A stretch of DNA of 64,000 bases from Nymphaea colorata. Its lineage: Eukaryota. Positions within the stretch are counted from its first letter, which is position 1; each line of letters begins with the position of its first letter. The notes under the pieces are model-generated. The model was not told the DNA's origin. It worked only from the letters and a program-made list of their open reading frames with translations, and did no database searches. Shown piece by piece: positions 1-13,422 of this stretch. The position numbers and the translations under genes are program-made. The stretch spans positions 992,001-1,056,000 of the forward strand of contig NC_045138.2 in the NCBI RefSeq assembly GCF_008831285.2, read 5' to 3'.

Positions 1-138
1 ACCTATCACACCATATCTTATAGTGAAAGTCTCTTGGCAAGTACCAGTTCCTTCTCAAGAGAGTCCTCAGTTTGTAAGAAAGAGTTACGCAATCTATATC
101 AAACTAAGGACATATATGTGGGCTGTTGTGAGCATTTG

Positions 139-140
<2 letters not shown>

Positions 141-215
<75 letters not shown>
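141..215. repeat. (TA)n microsatellite
   Basis: Uninterrupted TA run seen directly; it explains the IYIYIY ORFs. Confidence 0.98.
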
Positions 216-217
<2 letters not shown>

Positions 218-465
218 TCCCATCCCATCTGCCTAGAATTTCTGGCGCGGCATTGTAAGAGAAGCCTACTAACACTGGTTGACCAATAAACATTGAGAAA
301 ATAAGAAAGTAGCGCCAGTGAATATCAACCATTTGACGATCAATAGGTAAAAAATAAAAAATAGTTGGTGGCATAGTTCATACACCAGAACAAATGTATG
401 ATCGATATCTATGCATGCCCAGATCCAACACTAAGATGATCTGCTCTGAACTCGCTTTTTTCGGT

Positions 466-650
466 ACTTTTATCGACGTCTGCAATTGGACGTCGATGGA
501 AATGCAGACTTTAACGATGTAGTGTAGTCACGCATCTTTTCACCAACGTCTGCCCCTGGACGTTGGTGAAAATTCACATTCACTGACATTTGTCTTCGGA
601 CGTTGTTAAAAGTCGACGTGCGTTAGTAAATCGTTTTGTTCTTTGGTAGC
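466..650. mobile_element. Probable CACTA subterminal remnant
   Basis: Short paired inverted motifs (tttcaccaacgtc...gacgttggtgaaa; atcgacgtc...gacgtcgat) like CACTA subterminal repeats; the terminal GTAGTG is not intact. Confidence 0.4.
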
Positions 651-729
651 ATGTCCATGGTGACAATGAGAGTCTGAGACTAACTACAATTTTCTCCCAA
701 ACTCCGTTGCTCTCAAGGATGAATGCAGG

Positions 730-990
730 TAGGCTTGGGCGTCGGGCTGGGCCTGGGCGTCCGGAAAAACCTGGCCCGGGCTCGATAGGCCGGCCCAGCC
801 AGTTAAGCCCATTTAAATTAAAAATTTATTTTTTTAATTTTTTAATAATATTTATTATTAATACATATTTTTTATATTTAAAAATATTTTATAATTAAAC
901 AAATATTTTTTAATTTTAAATGGGCCGGGCCCTGGCTAGGCTCACCGACCCGACGGGGCCATGCCCGCCTGTATGGGCAATTGCCCACAC
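730..990. mobile_element. MITE with GGCCCG/CGGGCC-rich ends and AT-rich core
   Basis: GC-rich GGGCC motif clusters in opposite orientation on each side of an AT-rich centre (812-920). Confidence 0.6.
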
Positions 991-1944
991 GGATCAATGT
1001 ATCTCATTGTCAATCCCAATAGTCAATGCAAAATGTCTTCCGATTTGGCTTACGTCGCAAGTAAATTTTACCTTTAATGATTCAATCAGTAGTTTAACCT
1101 CTTGAGAGAGAAAAATGAAACGTGAAGATCATATACAATTAGTTCTAACAAGTAATTAATGTGGGAAGGCATGTGTTAAAGTATTACTATCTCGACATGA
1201 TATTAAAGTAAAAGATTAATTAATTTAATTATGTTAAACGTTAATATTAAGTATTTTTATAAGGTAACCTCAAATATTACTTTAAAGTAAAAGTGTGAAA
1301 GTAAATCGCTCGATGCGTAATTGTACAAATTAACCGTGGCGAGAACAAGTTGATTTATTATAAAAGAAACAACAAAAACAAAAAACATTCTGTAATAAAT
1401 TATTTAATGATTATTCAACCTAACTGAATGCTACAAACAAAAAGGACAAATATTGATGAACTGTAATAAATTTACTAGATAAATTATTTTATTTTTTCAA
1501 TTTTGCAAATAACTGATTAATCTCGTTAAAGTTTGTCCAATGTCATTAAAGCAACTGATCAATTAGCTACAAATTAACATCAATTAATTACTCGTACCAT
1601 ATGACTTCGACTTTACTTTAATTAGTAGATGTTGAACCTCACATATGCATTATAGTTCGAATGGTCACTTACTATTTCATATAAGAATTAAAATAGAGTA
1701 AAATATTCCACTGTTGTAGCCAATCTAAGCCCAGGAATTTGGCGCTCTCTTCCTTTTCTTTTTCTTTGTTCATTTGAGGTCCAAGAACTCAGGAGCATAA
1801 CATAACTGGTTAGGAAGGAGTGACGAGAAGGATTACACACAAATTTTAAGTCCTCGTTTCGATTTCCATGTGTATTATTCTCCTGCTCTTCAAAAGGTGG
1901 GGGGATGTCCTGTTGAGCGGAAGGTAGCCCATTACCCATGTAAG

Positions 1945-2118
1945 CAGGGGTGGCATGGGTCCTCGCTCCACCTCAATTTTTTTTAAATTACATTTAAATT
2001 TTATAAAATTTTGCTTGTCCTATATAAAAATTTTGGGAAAATAAATATTTCGGCCGGTGTTAAAATTTAGAAACTTTAATTCGGTTCCTTTCATGAAAAA
2101 TTTCTGCCTCTGCCCCTG
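1945..2118. mobile_element. hAT-type MITE (CAGGGG ends) with 8-bp TSD
   Basis: Starts CAGGGGTGG, ends CTGCCCCTG; perfect TSD CATGTAAG at 1937-1944 and 2119-2126. Related copies at ~51360-51520, ~61800-61975 and 63259-63458. Confidence 0.85.
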
Positions 2119-2751
2119 CATGTAAGCTTTCCAAGCCGTGAGTTGTTGAACTCTCTCCTTACCTGAAATGTTAGACATTAACAATGTGGCTTCAACTTTT
2201 CCACTTAGTTCCGATTTGTTACTACTTAGTTTTTTTAAATACCTCTATTTATGTTTTTATGGTCATTAAAATGAATACGAGGCACATGTGGCATTATTAC
2301 AAAGTAATAAATTAGCAAATTTATAATAACTCTGTTATTAGTAATTCAGGTTAGGATCACTAATGGAGAAACTTTTATTATTTACTTCTGAAGTTTCTAT
2401 TTGCCATCTCGATATAGTCTAGCAAACAAAATCTTTTGCTCACCTTATAGAAGTAACTTATTTAAACCAATAGTATTTAATGTTTACATAGATTTCTTTC
2501 GTATTGCGCTTCCATTTCAATTCACCTCTTTCTTTGAATAGCAAATATGAATACCCATCTAGTCTTAATAATTTAATTCCTTTTTTCATACATTAATGTT
2601 TTTATGCTTTTTATATTCTATTTATCCTTAGTTCCCCTTTTCAACATAATCTTCCAATTCTTTTGGTTCATCTCAGTTGGGGACCATGTCATCGGGACAT
2701 CTCTTTTCACAATTAAAAGAACGACGTGTACTGAACTAGCAGACTATTTCA

Positions 2752-3130
2752 TTAGCTCAAGCTCAACTGAACTTGAGTTCTTAAAACTCGAACTCCGCTC
2801 GATTCAGCTCGAATGGAAGATTGGCTTGAGAAAAAGTTATTAAAAAATTATTTTTTAGAAGAAGAGACATCATATAGACTTGAACATGGAACCTCTCCGT
2901 GTATACCCATTTAAACAACCTACTTTTTTTGATAATTTTATAAGGCATATTTTCTTTCTTGAACTTAATTGAGTTTAACCGAGCCGAGCCCACTTAACTC
3001 TAGCTCGATTCGTTTACGTTGTCGAGTTCATTTCTTAATTCAAACTCGACTCGTTTAATAAATGAATCGAGTTCGAGTCAAGTTTATCGAACGAGTTCGA
3101 GTGGAGCTCGAGTTAGCTCGACTCGCCTAA
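2752..3130. mobile_element. MITE remnant rich in GAGCTC/CTCGA motifs
   Basis: Dense AGCTCG/ACTCGA motifs; same family at ~48870-49300. Confidence 0.55.
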
Positions 3131-3275
3131 TTTATCGCTTTTCACTAAGGTTCCAAAGTAGTTCACGTGAGAATCCTCTTTCTACTTTTAAGTAAAAGAG
3201 TCAAATGTTTATTTTTTTTTTCTTTTCATTATACAAGAGGAAAACTGTTTTTTTGGTATAAAACCTCTAAAACAA

Positions 3276-3453
3276 TATCTTTATGCATCTAAGGATTTCT
3301 GGCTTGTTTTGGAGTTTAGTTAGACTTATATGTACCCTTCAACTATATCTTTATGCATCTAAGATTTTCTGGCTTGTTTTAGAGTTTAGTTAGACTTATA
3401 TGTACCCTTCAACTAAGATTTTCTCGCTTGTTTTAGAGTTGAGTTGGACTTAT
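3276..3453. repeat. Tandem repeat, ~70-bp unit x ~2.5, upstream of FtsHi4
   Basis: tatctttatgcatctaag...cttatatgtacccttcaac starts at 3276 and 3346, with a partial third copy from ~3413. Confidence 0.9.
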
Positions 3454-3871
3454 ACTATAACTAAACTAATGAAATGTTTAAAAGATAAACGTTAATAATG
3501 ATAAAAAAATTGGACCATTAATAATAATTTCATACTTCTTTTTTCTAAATATTTAAATGCGAGAAACAAAAGGCGATTTGAAGTTAATAATAATCAAAAC
3601 TTGGTCCATTTTTCAATTTTTTAAAACTAATATTTTAAGTTCGTTTGAATACGATAAACAAAAGCCCACGATTCAAATAATCTATCCGTAGACCCTCGTG
3701 GAAGAGTGAGAGGGACGGCGGAGATTGCTCATACACCGAGACAACAAGAAAGCCAACCTCACCCAATCGTTGCTCTCCCCGGCCTCCCTCCAAGCGGATA
3801 AAAAGTAGGCGCGCTCTTCTGCTCATGCTGGCGAGTTCTCTCCCTCTCTCGCTAGCTCTCTCTAGGAAGCC

Positions 3872-6800
3872 ATGATTGTCGTCCTCGCGGGAGAATCCTC
3901 GCTTTCTCCTTCACCTCTCCATGCTCTCTCAATTTCTCCGCGATTCGGTACGTGGTTATCGATCAGATGCAGGAGGAGAAGCAGTCGTCCACGTTGTCTA
4001 GGGTTCCATAGAGCGGCCATTTCCAAACCCTTAATTCCGGGGTTTAAGCATGCGTCGGTTACACATTCCCGGCCGAAGGCGGGCAGAGAAGGAACGGAGA
4101 CGTGGACTGCGGCAGTTTCCGATTTCTCAGATGTGGACGCGGTTGCGGAGATCGCGGAGGGAGTCGATGGCGATACTGTGAAACTCGTCGAGGTTCGGTT
4201 CGTGTCTGCTTGGATTACTTTCCACGTTCCTACATTTTAGAAGTGTTCAGCTTTTTTACGTAGTTTTTTATGTTGGAACTTGTAAGTTTCAATTGGGAAC
4301 TGGAACACTGTGTAGGGTTTATTGCGGGTTTATGTCTGTTGGTATTGGTTGAGTTCGTTTTTGGATGCGAAGAAGTTGATTTATGTACATTGGATAGATC
4401 GAGTTCTTTGTCGTAAGTACAGCATTTGGTGAAACGAAAGAATGTGGAGTCTCAACGCGTCGTGGGAAATTGTTATCATTCGGGGAATTTCATTAGATTG
4501 AGAATTGAAAATGTGTTACTTCCCTTTGCATGTTGACGGTTCTTTTTCGTATGGCCTCGTTGACATTGCAAATTGGCGTGTTCCTTTTTCTTAATTGCGT
4601 TTCAATTATGGAAGAATTTTCAGGTTTGGTAAGTTTCTTGTGTTTACCTAGAGATTTAATATGGATAAATTACCAACTGAAGCAATAGATATTAATTGCA
4701 AGAGTCTAAGGTCCTGTGTTATTGGAATAAAACGATTTGTTTTTTTCTCCTGCTATTTTGAAGAGTTCCTCTCTACAAGCCTAGAAGTACCAGTACATCT
4801 GCTGCATGCCGCTAGCATCAAATCATTGTTTTAGTTTTTTCTTCCCCCAGAAACTGAAGGATGGAGAGCAAGAAAAATTGGTGAATTTGCAGCGGAAAGC
4901 AGACATACAGTTGGATAGGATGCTTACAATGGCCTCAACTTGGAGTAGGGTTCTTCTGTCTCTACAGGGGAAGCTGAAAGGAACCCAGTGGGACCCGGAG
5001 AATTCTCATCGGATTGACTATAGTGAATTTCGCAGGCTTCTTGACTCAAACCACGTGCATTTCATGGAGTACTCAAACTATGGTCAGACGGTCTCAGGCA
5101 AGTTGTGTCTTTTGACTTCTTAAACATTTTTTTTTTTTACTTTGTTCACCTTTCTTTTGCTTTTAGTTTTTATGATTGGTCCAATGTATTGCAAAAAGTG
5201 ATATTTTAATATGTTTTCATGAGTTTAATATACTTGCTACTTGTACTGCTATGCTGATAAGTTTTAATTGATCAGTTCACCGAAAGTGCTACTTACATTG
5301 TACACTGATTAAAAAAGGTGAAGTGGTTTTCTGTTTAGAAGAGGTTGGTTTTAAAAATAAATCTCAAGCTATCCCTTTTTCCTGCTGGATACATTTGCAG
5401 TTATTTTGCCATATTACAAAGATGGGAAGCCTGAGGACACAAAAGATGATTCAAGGAGGGAGATCATATTTCGACGACACGTGGTTGATCGTATGCCTAT
5501 TGATTGCTGGAATGATGTGTGGAACAAGTTGCACCAACAACTTATAAATGTTGACGTTATAAATGTCAATCCAGTTTCTGCTGAGGTTTATTCCACAATT
5601 GCTACTGCTGTCATCTGGTCCATGCGTCTCGCCCTTGCAATTGGTTTATACTTCGCTATTGACAGAGTGATGCAACCAATCTATACAAAGATAATACCCT
5701 GTGATTTAGGAAAACCACCAGAAAAAGTTCCCCGGCCCCTTAAACGCCATGCACTTGGTTCATTAGGTAAAAGCAGGTAACTAAAAACATCCTCATCCAC
5801 TATCATAGCAAGCAGATGTTCCTTTTTTTCTTTCCTTTTGGTAATTGGGATGAAGAACTTTATCATTTTAATAATTTTATGAATCTATTAGTTTGGCATG
5901 CTTTAATGAATAATCATCTGTTTGTTTTGCCTCCTGCTTCTCCTTCTCCTTATCTCCTGACCCATCTATATGAACCCTGCTTGGGCTGTCATGTTTTTCT
6001 GTTGATTGCATTTGACCCAGGATCGTTAAATGGGTTAGATATTGAGACAACTACTCTAGCAAATTAAATGCAATTTCTAGAAAACTGTAGCTTTTATAGT
6101 AAGTCTTGGAAGTTCTATAAAGAAGACCCATACCTGTGAAATCTTGGTCAGGATGAACTTATGGAGAAATATGACCATGGACCATTCCACTAATTGTCCT
6201 ATTATTTCTTTATTTTTCTTTTTTAAATGGAATAAAAACCTGCGTCTATGACATGAATCAGACTTCAGAGTTACGTGAAAATCTTACTTTTGTAGGCAAC
6301 TTGTCAATATATCTTCCATAATATAATGGTTCTTACATGATACATCATGGAATGTGCAGTTTCCTTGCAACTTTATCGTGAGTCGTGACTAGATAGAGGG
6401 AAGTTCTTGCCAATTTAGTTAGATGTCTGCTAGCTGAATAGGACATTAGTTTGGTGGCTGAAGGGTTGCTGGGTATAATGACATCCAACTTGCAACTGAG
6501 GGTAAAAAGAAAGCATTTTAACTTTTAAGGCTCTAATCATGTGTTTTTAGTAATACGTCAGTCTTGGCCAACTCCCATGCACTAGAGTAGCATGTTAGAC
6601 AAATATTTTGGTGTTACACTCACACCTTGTTTACATGATCTTTCAAATGGTGTGATTTATTTTAACTTTCATGGTTATTTTAGTGTCACACTCACACCTT
6701 GTTTACATGATCTTTCAAATGGTATGATTTATTTTAACTTTCATGGTTCTTGTTCTTTTTCATTTTTTTCTCTTTTATTTTTGGGATAATATCCAGGAAG

Positions 6801-9800
6801 TTATACGATGTTGCTGGTCCTCGTGATAGTTTGAGTCTTGAGATTTATGAACTGAGTTTCTTGTTATAGCTTTGAAAGGTTGAAAGTTTCTTAAAATGTT
6901 CAATTTGAGAGTGAAGAACTAAATGCTATTGAAGGTTTAGAAGTTGCATTGTATCTTGAAGAATATATTTTAGCATGTGTCGCTGTCACTGATTGCTTTT
7001 GAATTGCTTGTAAATTTTTTTATGTCATTCTAGCTCTTTCCAGGGTTAGGCTCAAAAACAGTTTATATTTGTGATGTTGAATTGGATAAAACTAGAAAAT
7101 GATTATAGTGTTTAATGATCTTGGTAAGACGACCCTTCAATAAGTTGCTATTTCATATCATTGTTCACCAGGGCCAAATTTATTTCAGCAGAAGAAACTA
7201 CAGGGGTTACATTTGCTGACTTTGCTGGTCAGGAATACATAAAAAGAGAACTGCAGGAGATTGTTAGAATACTGAAAAATGAAGGGGAATATCAGAGCAA
7301 AGGTATTTATTGTCCAAAGGGAGTGCTCCTTCATGGACCTCCTGGGACTGGTAAAACACTACTGGCCAAAGCAATTGCTGGTGAATCAGGACTTCCTTTT
7401 TTTGCTGCAAATGGCACAGATTTTGTAGAGGTAATCACTTTTCATTTGTTTATACATGGTCTCGGACCTTATTCATAATCATTTCTGAACTTGTCTTGCA
7501 ATGTCATTCTTCATCAAGATGGGTTAGTCTATGTTTTTGTGCCGTAGTTTATGCAGTGGCTACCAGTATCGTGTATGCTTCCAGCATATGTGCCTGTATG
7601 AGATAGTTTTTTGAATCTTTTCAAAGCATATGTGGCTGTATGAGAGGTTTTTTTTTTAAAATATATTTGACTTTTATATAGGTGACATACATGCTGATGT
7701 TGAAAGTTTAAAACCTTGACTTGCAGATGTTTGTTGGTGTTGCAGCAGCTCGTGTCAAGGACCTCTTTGCTAGTGCACGAAGGTTTGCACCATCCATTAT
7801 ATTCATTGATGAGATAGATGCTATTGGAGGAAAACGTGGTGGGCCAGATGTTGGTGGGGTGAGATGGATGAATTTCCTAATTCTCTGGCTTTACTGCATA
7901 GCATGACCTTACTGTGTATCTTTTGTGCCTGAAAACAAAGTCTATGTCATCTTCCATTTGCTAAATATATTGCATTTCTAATAAAAGCAAAACCAAAGAA
8001 GTGCAAGCTTAAAGCTCTAGTGTTAATATTCTTCATTTAAATTTTTTTCCCATTTTGGCTAGTGAACGCATCCAATTTTTTATAATAAATTGCAAAAGAT
8101 TGCTGATGTTTATTGCTGTCTTTCCGAGGAATGCTTAATTAGGTGAATCTGATTTTTCTCACTCTCTCTTTGTGTCTGTTCTAAGCAAAACTGGCCTTTA
8201 GAAGTTGAAAAATAAGAAAACGGATGAAGCATTTTAACCATCTGTATGTCTTTCTTTATATATGTCATGGGATCAGGGTTTTCTTTGTATCACACGAATC
8301 TGTTTGATGCTTATTTTATAGTTCTTATTTATGGCAACTCAGGGTGGAGCTGAAAGGGAGCAAGGTTTGCTTCAAATTCTTACCGAGATGGATGGTTTCA
8401 AAGTTTCAACTGCACAAGTAAGATAGAAATGTATATTTCTGTTTGCGAGTTGGAATATAACAAAGAGTATAGCAGGTTCATTTCATATTCTTGCTTTGCC
8501 AGGTTTTAGTTATAGGTGCAACTAATAGAGAGGAATTATTGGATGATGCTCTCAAAAGAAAGGGTCGTTTTGATAAAATTATACGTGTTGGCAAGCCGTC
8601 AAAGGATGGAAGGTTGGCAATACTGCAGGTTTGCTGTGGAGATTAAATCTTTTGCATTGCATTAATGTTCTGCAGCCAGTTGGCTTTATTTGGAATATAA
8701 TTGGAGATGGTTTTTACAGGTTCATGCACGGAACAAGTTTTTTAGGTCTGAAGAAGAGAAAGAGATCCTCCTTAAGGAAATAGCAGAACTTACAGTAGAT
8801 TTCAGTGGAGCAGAGTTGCAAAATATACTGTAAATTTCTGGTTTGGTTTCCCAGTTGTAGCCATCATCTTACAAATACTGGTCCTCTGAAGAAGCTGAGC
8901 TTGCTTTGTAGGAATGAAGCTGGAATTTTGACTCAAAGAAAGGATAAGGACTATATTGAGCGAGATGAGCTTTTGGAGGCCCTTAAAAGGGTAAATGTCT
9001 TTTGCATGGTGTTGTTAACTTGTTAATAAACTTAGGTATCCGATCTTTTTGTTGATTTTTAAAACTATGACATTTAATCTTTTTGTGGTTTGCACTTTGC
9101 AGCAAAAAGGTACTTTTGAGACAGGTCAAGAAGATCAGACACAGATTCCCGAGGATATGAAGTTGCGGTTGGCTTACAGAGAAGCTGCAGTGGCAGTCCT
9201 TGCCTGCTGTTATCCAAATCCTAATCGTCCATTCATTGAGGTTTTTTTTTTACTGTGGCTGATATCTATTTAAATGAGTATTTATTATTTTTGTTAGCCT
9301 GGCAAGAGTTATCCATTTTTTACTCTTTTTTGTGCGTGATTGTATTTATTGCCTTCACAGACTGATATTCGGACTATACATAGCCAACCAAATATGCGCT
9401 ATGCTGATGCCAGTGGAAGGGTCTTTTCTAAAAAGTCTGATTTTGTGAACGCAATTGTGCGTGCCTGTGCGCGTAAGTCTTGAATCATCCTCAATTGCTT
9501 GTCCATTCCTCCTGTATCTTCCACAATTTTTTTTTTTGGATCAAAGCTTTATCATTAACTGTTGTTTATTATGCTGCTATAGCGAAAAGACTGTTTGTGG
9601 ACCTGGAGCATATTATTTTTAGTGTTATATGTTATGCTTGGTGAAGACTGTGTTGTTGCATGATGAGCTAAGATTCCACCCTTTTCTGAAGCCATAACCA
9701 CACATAGAAATGTTTTCTTTTAATTTTCTTTGTGGACATGACTTGGATATTGTGAGGTATTGGCCTTATCTTTAAAGGTTGGAATATTGCAGCATTTAAG

Positions 9801-12800
9801 AGCCTTTCATTTCGAAGCTGAAAAACACAAGCAGTGACTAGTAACTTTCTTTGCAGCTATGTCACATGGGTGCGGGTATAGTACGGGTGTGGGTACGGTG
9901 ATACGGGTTCGGACACGAAAATTTTGAAAATCGTGGGTACGCGAATTTTATACTTTCAAAAATGATAAAATAAAAAAAACATTAATAGTCTTATAATCTA
10001 CAAAAAATCTCCAAATTAAAGAAAAACGAGAGGAAAATATAGAATCTTATTGGAAGGGAAATATAAAGGAAGGGAAAATAAAGAAATAGAGAAAATATAA
10101 TTTTAAAAGTTTTAAAATGTAGCTGTACCCCAGCCGTACCCGTACCCATGTCGCCGTACCATCCGACCGACATGGGTACTTGGGCAACAGTGCATACCCG
10201 TGTCACATAACTTTGTAGAAAAGAAAGCTGAATACCAAAATTTTTAATAGAATTACATTTAAAATATATAAAAATAAGAAAGGAAAGGTCTGAAGGTGTA
10301 GAACTATGCTGTTTAAAGTTTGATATTTTAAAAATATTCTAATGACTTAAAAACTTTTTTCTCATTGTATCCCTTACACACACACACACACAAGTTTTTT
10401 GCACTCATGTTTCCTACGTTAATACCTTCCAATTAAATGTTCAAACTACTAAAATCATTTGATGAGAAGGGTACTATGTATATTGGTACGAAATGAGTGT
10501 TCCTTCTGCATACCTAGGTTGGCTATAGCATGAATTGAGATCCTTTGCAGTGGGTGGTTACAGTTGGTATCAAAGCCATGTAAGGATGCATGTTTCATAA
10601 GATGGTAGCATCCCAAATGCGGATGCCGGCATGAGATCTGTTTTACACACAAAAGTTTGAGAGATTTGAATGGCCATATGCACTCAAGTCTAATACTACC
10701 TCTATCCTGGTTTCTAACCTCTCTTGGTGTAAACCAAATCCTGCTACGACATGAGTAGGAATTTGCTACAGTAGATTCTCGAGTAAATTTTGAATCAGGT
10801 TGCAAAGGTGCTACTTTCCACCAGTTATTACTGTCACGTGACAATTACTGATCTCTTGATACCCTTGTTAGTGTGCCTTACAAATTTACAATGATACAAT
10901 CAGTTCTTTTCGGTATTTCAATAAAAACCTTTATCAAATTTCTAGTTTACTGAGTTGTTATGTTACTTGATTGTTTTCTTCAATCATTGATGGGCAGCTA
11001 GGGTCATTGAAGAGGAGATATTTGGCCTAGACAATTTGTGTTGGATTTCTGCTACGGCGACTTCTGAAGCGGCAAGGCTTGCCGAGCTGTTGGTTCTGCA
11101 AAGTGGAATGACAGCCTTCGGAAAAGCATGTTACCGAGTAGAGGCTGATCTCGTACCAAATGTAAGATCATAAAAAGCATTGCTGATGTCATTGTGATCT
11201 GTTTAATGTGTCTATGCATAGGTCTGAAGCACGCAGGATTTTGGTCTCATGCCACACAGTACTCACAGTTTATTATTTTGTATCCCACAGCTTGCACCAA
11301 AGCTCGAAGCTCTCAGAGAAGAATATGTCCGTTTTGCTGTAGCCAAATGTTTATCTGCTATACGGGAGTACCGATCTGCTGTGGAGACAATTACAGGTTA
11401 AGCAAATTAGCATGAATAGTAGAGAGTAGATTCTTTTATTTCTTTTCCAGATATATTATGTAGGCTTTTATAGTTGAAACTAGACTCATTCAAACAAAAG
11501 AAAAGAAAAAAAATATGGTGAATCAGTATTTTGAAAGAATCTGATCAAACTATGGAAAGTGACAACTTTCTAATGATGTGGACGGACAAATAAATATCTT
11601 ATTATTTTATTAATGAATTCATTGTTCTTTCTGCAGATTTTTTGCTTGAAAAAGAGGAAATAAAGGCAGATAAGATCTGGGATATTTTCTCAAAGGCTCC
11701 AAAAGTACCTCAGGTGCTTATGTATCTTTGGTTAATGCATGTCCTTTTTGAATTCTTGGTGGACAAATCTGGTTGATGGGCCTAAGAGGCTATCCTGGCT
11801 TGCTGCCATTTGGCTGCTTTTAGGAGCCATTCACGATAGGAAGTGTAGTTTCTAACCTTTTAAAGTGCAATCCAACATTGGACCTTTTCTTTTTGTGTGT
11901 TTTTTTTTTTTTTTTTTTTGGGGCGGGGGGGTGGTGTTCCAAATCCTTGCTGATGTAATTTTTTTTATTGGATTTGACACTTGCGAGTCGGATAGTGGTT
12001 GGGTTATGCTTACCATACTGACAATCCAGACAGAGCCTTAAGAGGCTCAGCATGTCGTTAGCTAAAGCTGGATTTCTTTAGACAACCTTCTCTTGCACAG
12101 GTGAAAAATGTGATTGTTTTTGTTGTCAAAAGCACCATCTTGGTCTAACCTTGTGCCTAGGATTGCCTAGGTAGGGCTGGCTTAGATACTTTTAGAAAGA
12201 ATAGCTGTATGAGTGTATGTAGTTTTTGCATATTTCAAGTTTCAAACTTATGGATACATTCTTGTTTAAAAGTTTGTGAACACCTGGGGAACATCTTTAG
12301 ATACTTCCATAAAATAGCTCCGTGTACTTGTTTAGGGGTTAATATTTCAAAAAGGTTAGCTGCGTATACATTTTTTGCATAACGCAAATTTGTGCCTATG
12401 TACATTTATTGAGAGAACAGGAGAGCTTTGGACCGATCTGTTTTAGCCTTAGTAGGCGCAGACCTTTTTGACTAGGCTGGGCCACTTAGGCACCCAAGTC
12501 ACAAAAAAAAATCAAATCTTCTCTCCTATTTCCTTCCTCCTCTACTTTAACTTTTTCTTAATTCTTCTACATTTTTCCAGTTTCTTTTCCTGTTGTTCCT
12601 CTTCTCCTCTTTCTTCCTCTTCTTCATCATGTTTTTCCTGTCGTATACTATTTGCAGCCTGGGCACCACCCAATGCCAGCCTAGGCCTTCTTGTAGCGCC
12701 GTCTGCTAGTGCATTTGGCTACTAAACTTTCAACACAAATTTTGTTTCACTAAGCCATGATTTTTATTTCATTAAGTTCTGATGCAGCATCCTCTTTTCT

Positions 12801-13422
12801 GGATTTGTTGCTCCCAGGTCAAGCTTGCCGTTAAGTTTTTTTTTTTTTCATACACACCATGGTCATTTAGGAAGCAATAATTATCGGACTAAGCAAAAGA
12901 AACATGAAGCTATGTTTCCAGTAGAGACTTAAGCAGTCTAAGACATTCATAAGCCATTTTGGAGCTAATTGCTGTACTTATCCACATACTTGTGAGCACT
13001 TTGTCATTGTTGTTAGAATTTCAATCTTTTTTTTTTTTCTTGCAGCCACCAGTGCAAGAAGTTGATGAGTATGCTGGTCTTGTTCACTCGGGAAGGTGGG
13101 GAATTCATGGGGCTTCTCTTCCAGGCAGAGCAACTTTTGCTCCTGGTTACGTTGGCTTTGCCACATTTGGAGCACCTAGACCTATAGAGGTAGTCATGAT
13201 TAAATACGATGTTTGTTCATGATCCTGAATAGGTTTTACTGCACCCTTATTGTTAATGACCTTATTTCGTGTGCACAGACACAAATTATCAGTGACGACA
13301 CTTGGAAACTGGTGGATGGAATTTGGGAGAATAGAATGCAGGAAATTAACGAGGGCGTGTCATATGAGATTGAGGAAGCCACAGAACTGCCTCACCTGCT
13401 TATGGCTGACAACTTCCTTTGA
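3872..13422 (+). CDS. FTSHI4: Chloroplast inactive FtsH-like AAA ATPase FtsHi4 (16 exons)
   Basis: Exons 3872-4192, 4851-5097, 5401-5776, 7172-7430, 7727-7858, 8343-8417, 8503-8628, 8720-8829, 8912-8990, 9103-9240, 9361-9472, 10998-11161, 11291-11396, 11637-11713, 13046-13189, 13279-13422 join in frame. Walker A GPPGTGKT, Walker B IIFIDEID, HExxH replaced by REAAV, transit-peptide-like N-terminus. Matches recalled Arabidopsis FtsHi4 ([25 protein letters not shown]). Confidence 0.95.
6604..6748. repeat. 72-bp tandem duplication in FtsHi4 intron 3
   Basis: tatttt(g/a)gtgt(t/c)acactcacaccttgtttacatgatc... starts at 6604 and 6676. Confidence 0.92.
9857..10210. mobile_element. hAT-type MITE (GGGTAC/GTACCC subterminal motifs) in FtsHi4 intron 11
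   Basis: Imperfect TIR TATGTCACATGGGT / ACCCGTGTCACATA; TSD CTTTGCAG vs CTTTGTAG (7/8). Confidence 0.8.
10460..10843 (+). mobile_element. LTR-retrotransposon fragment (LTR end plus tRNA-Met PBS)
   Basis: GGTTACA-GT-TGGTATCAAAGCC at ~10556-10577 is an LTR end followed by an iMet primer-binding site; outer limits uncertain. Confidence 0.5.

Noticed and set aside
23..374. IYIYIY-rich ORFs on both strands
   Set aside because: Artefacts of the (TA)n microsatellite.
1688..1939. 83-aa minus-strand ORF next to a MITE
   Set aside because: No recognisable family; its ATG lies in the MITE target-site duplication.
9175..9200. Loss of the HExxH zinc motif in the FtsH-like gene
   Set aside because: Expected feature of the FtsHi subfamily, not novel.
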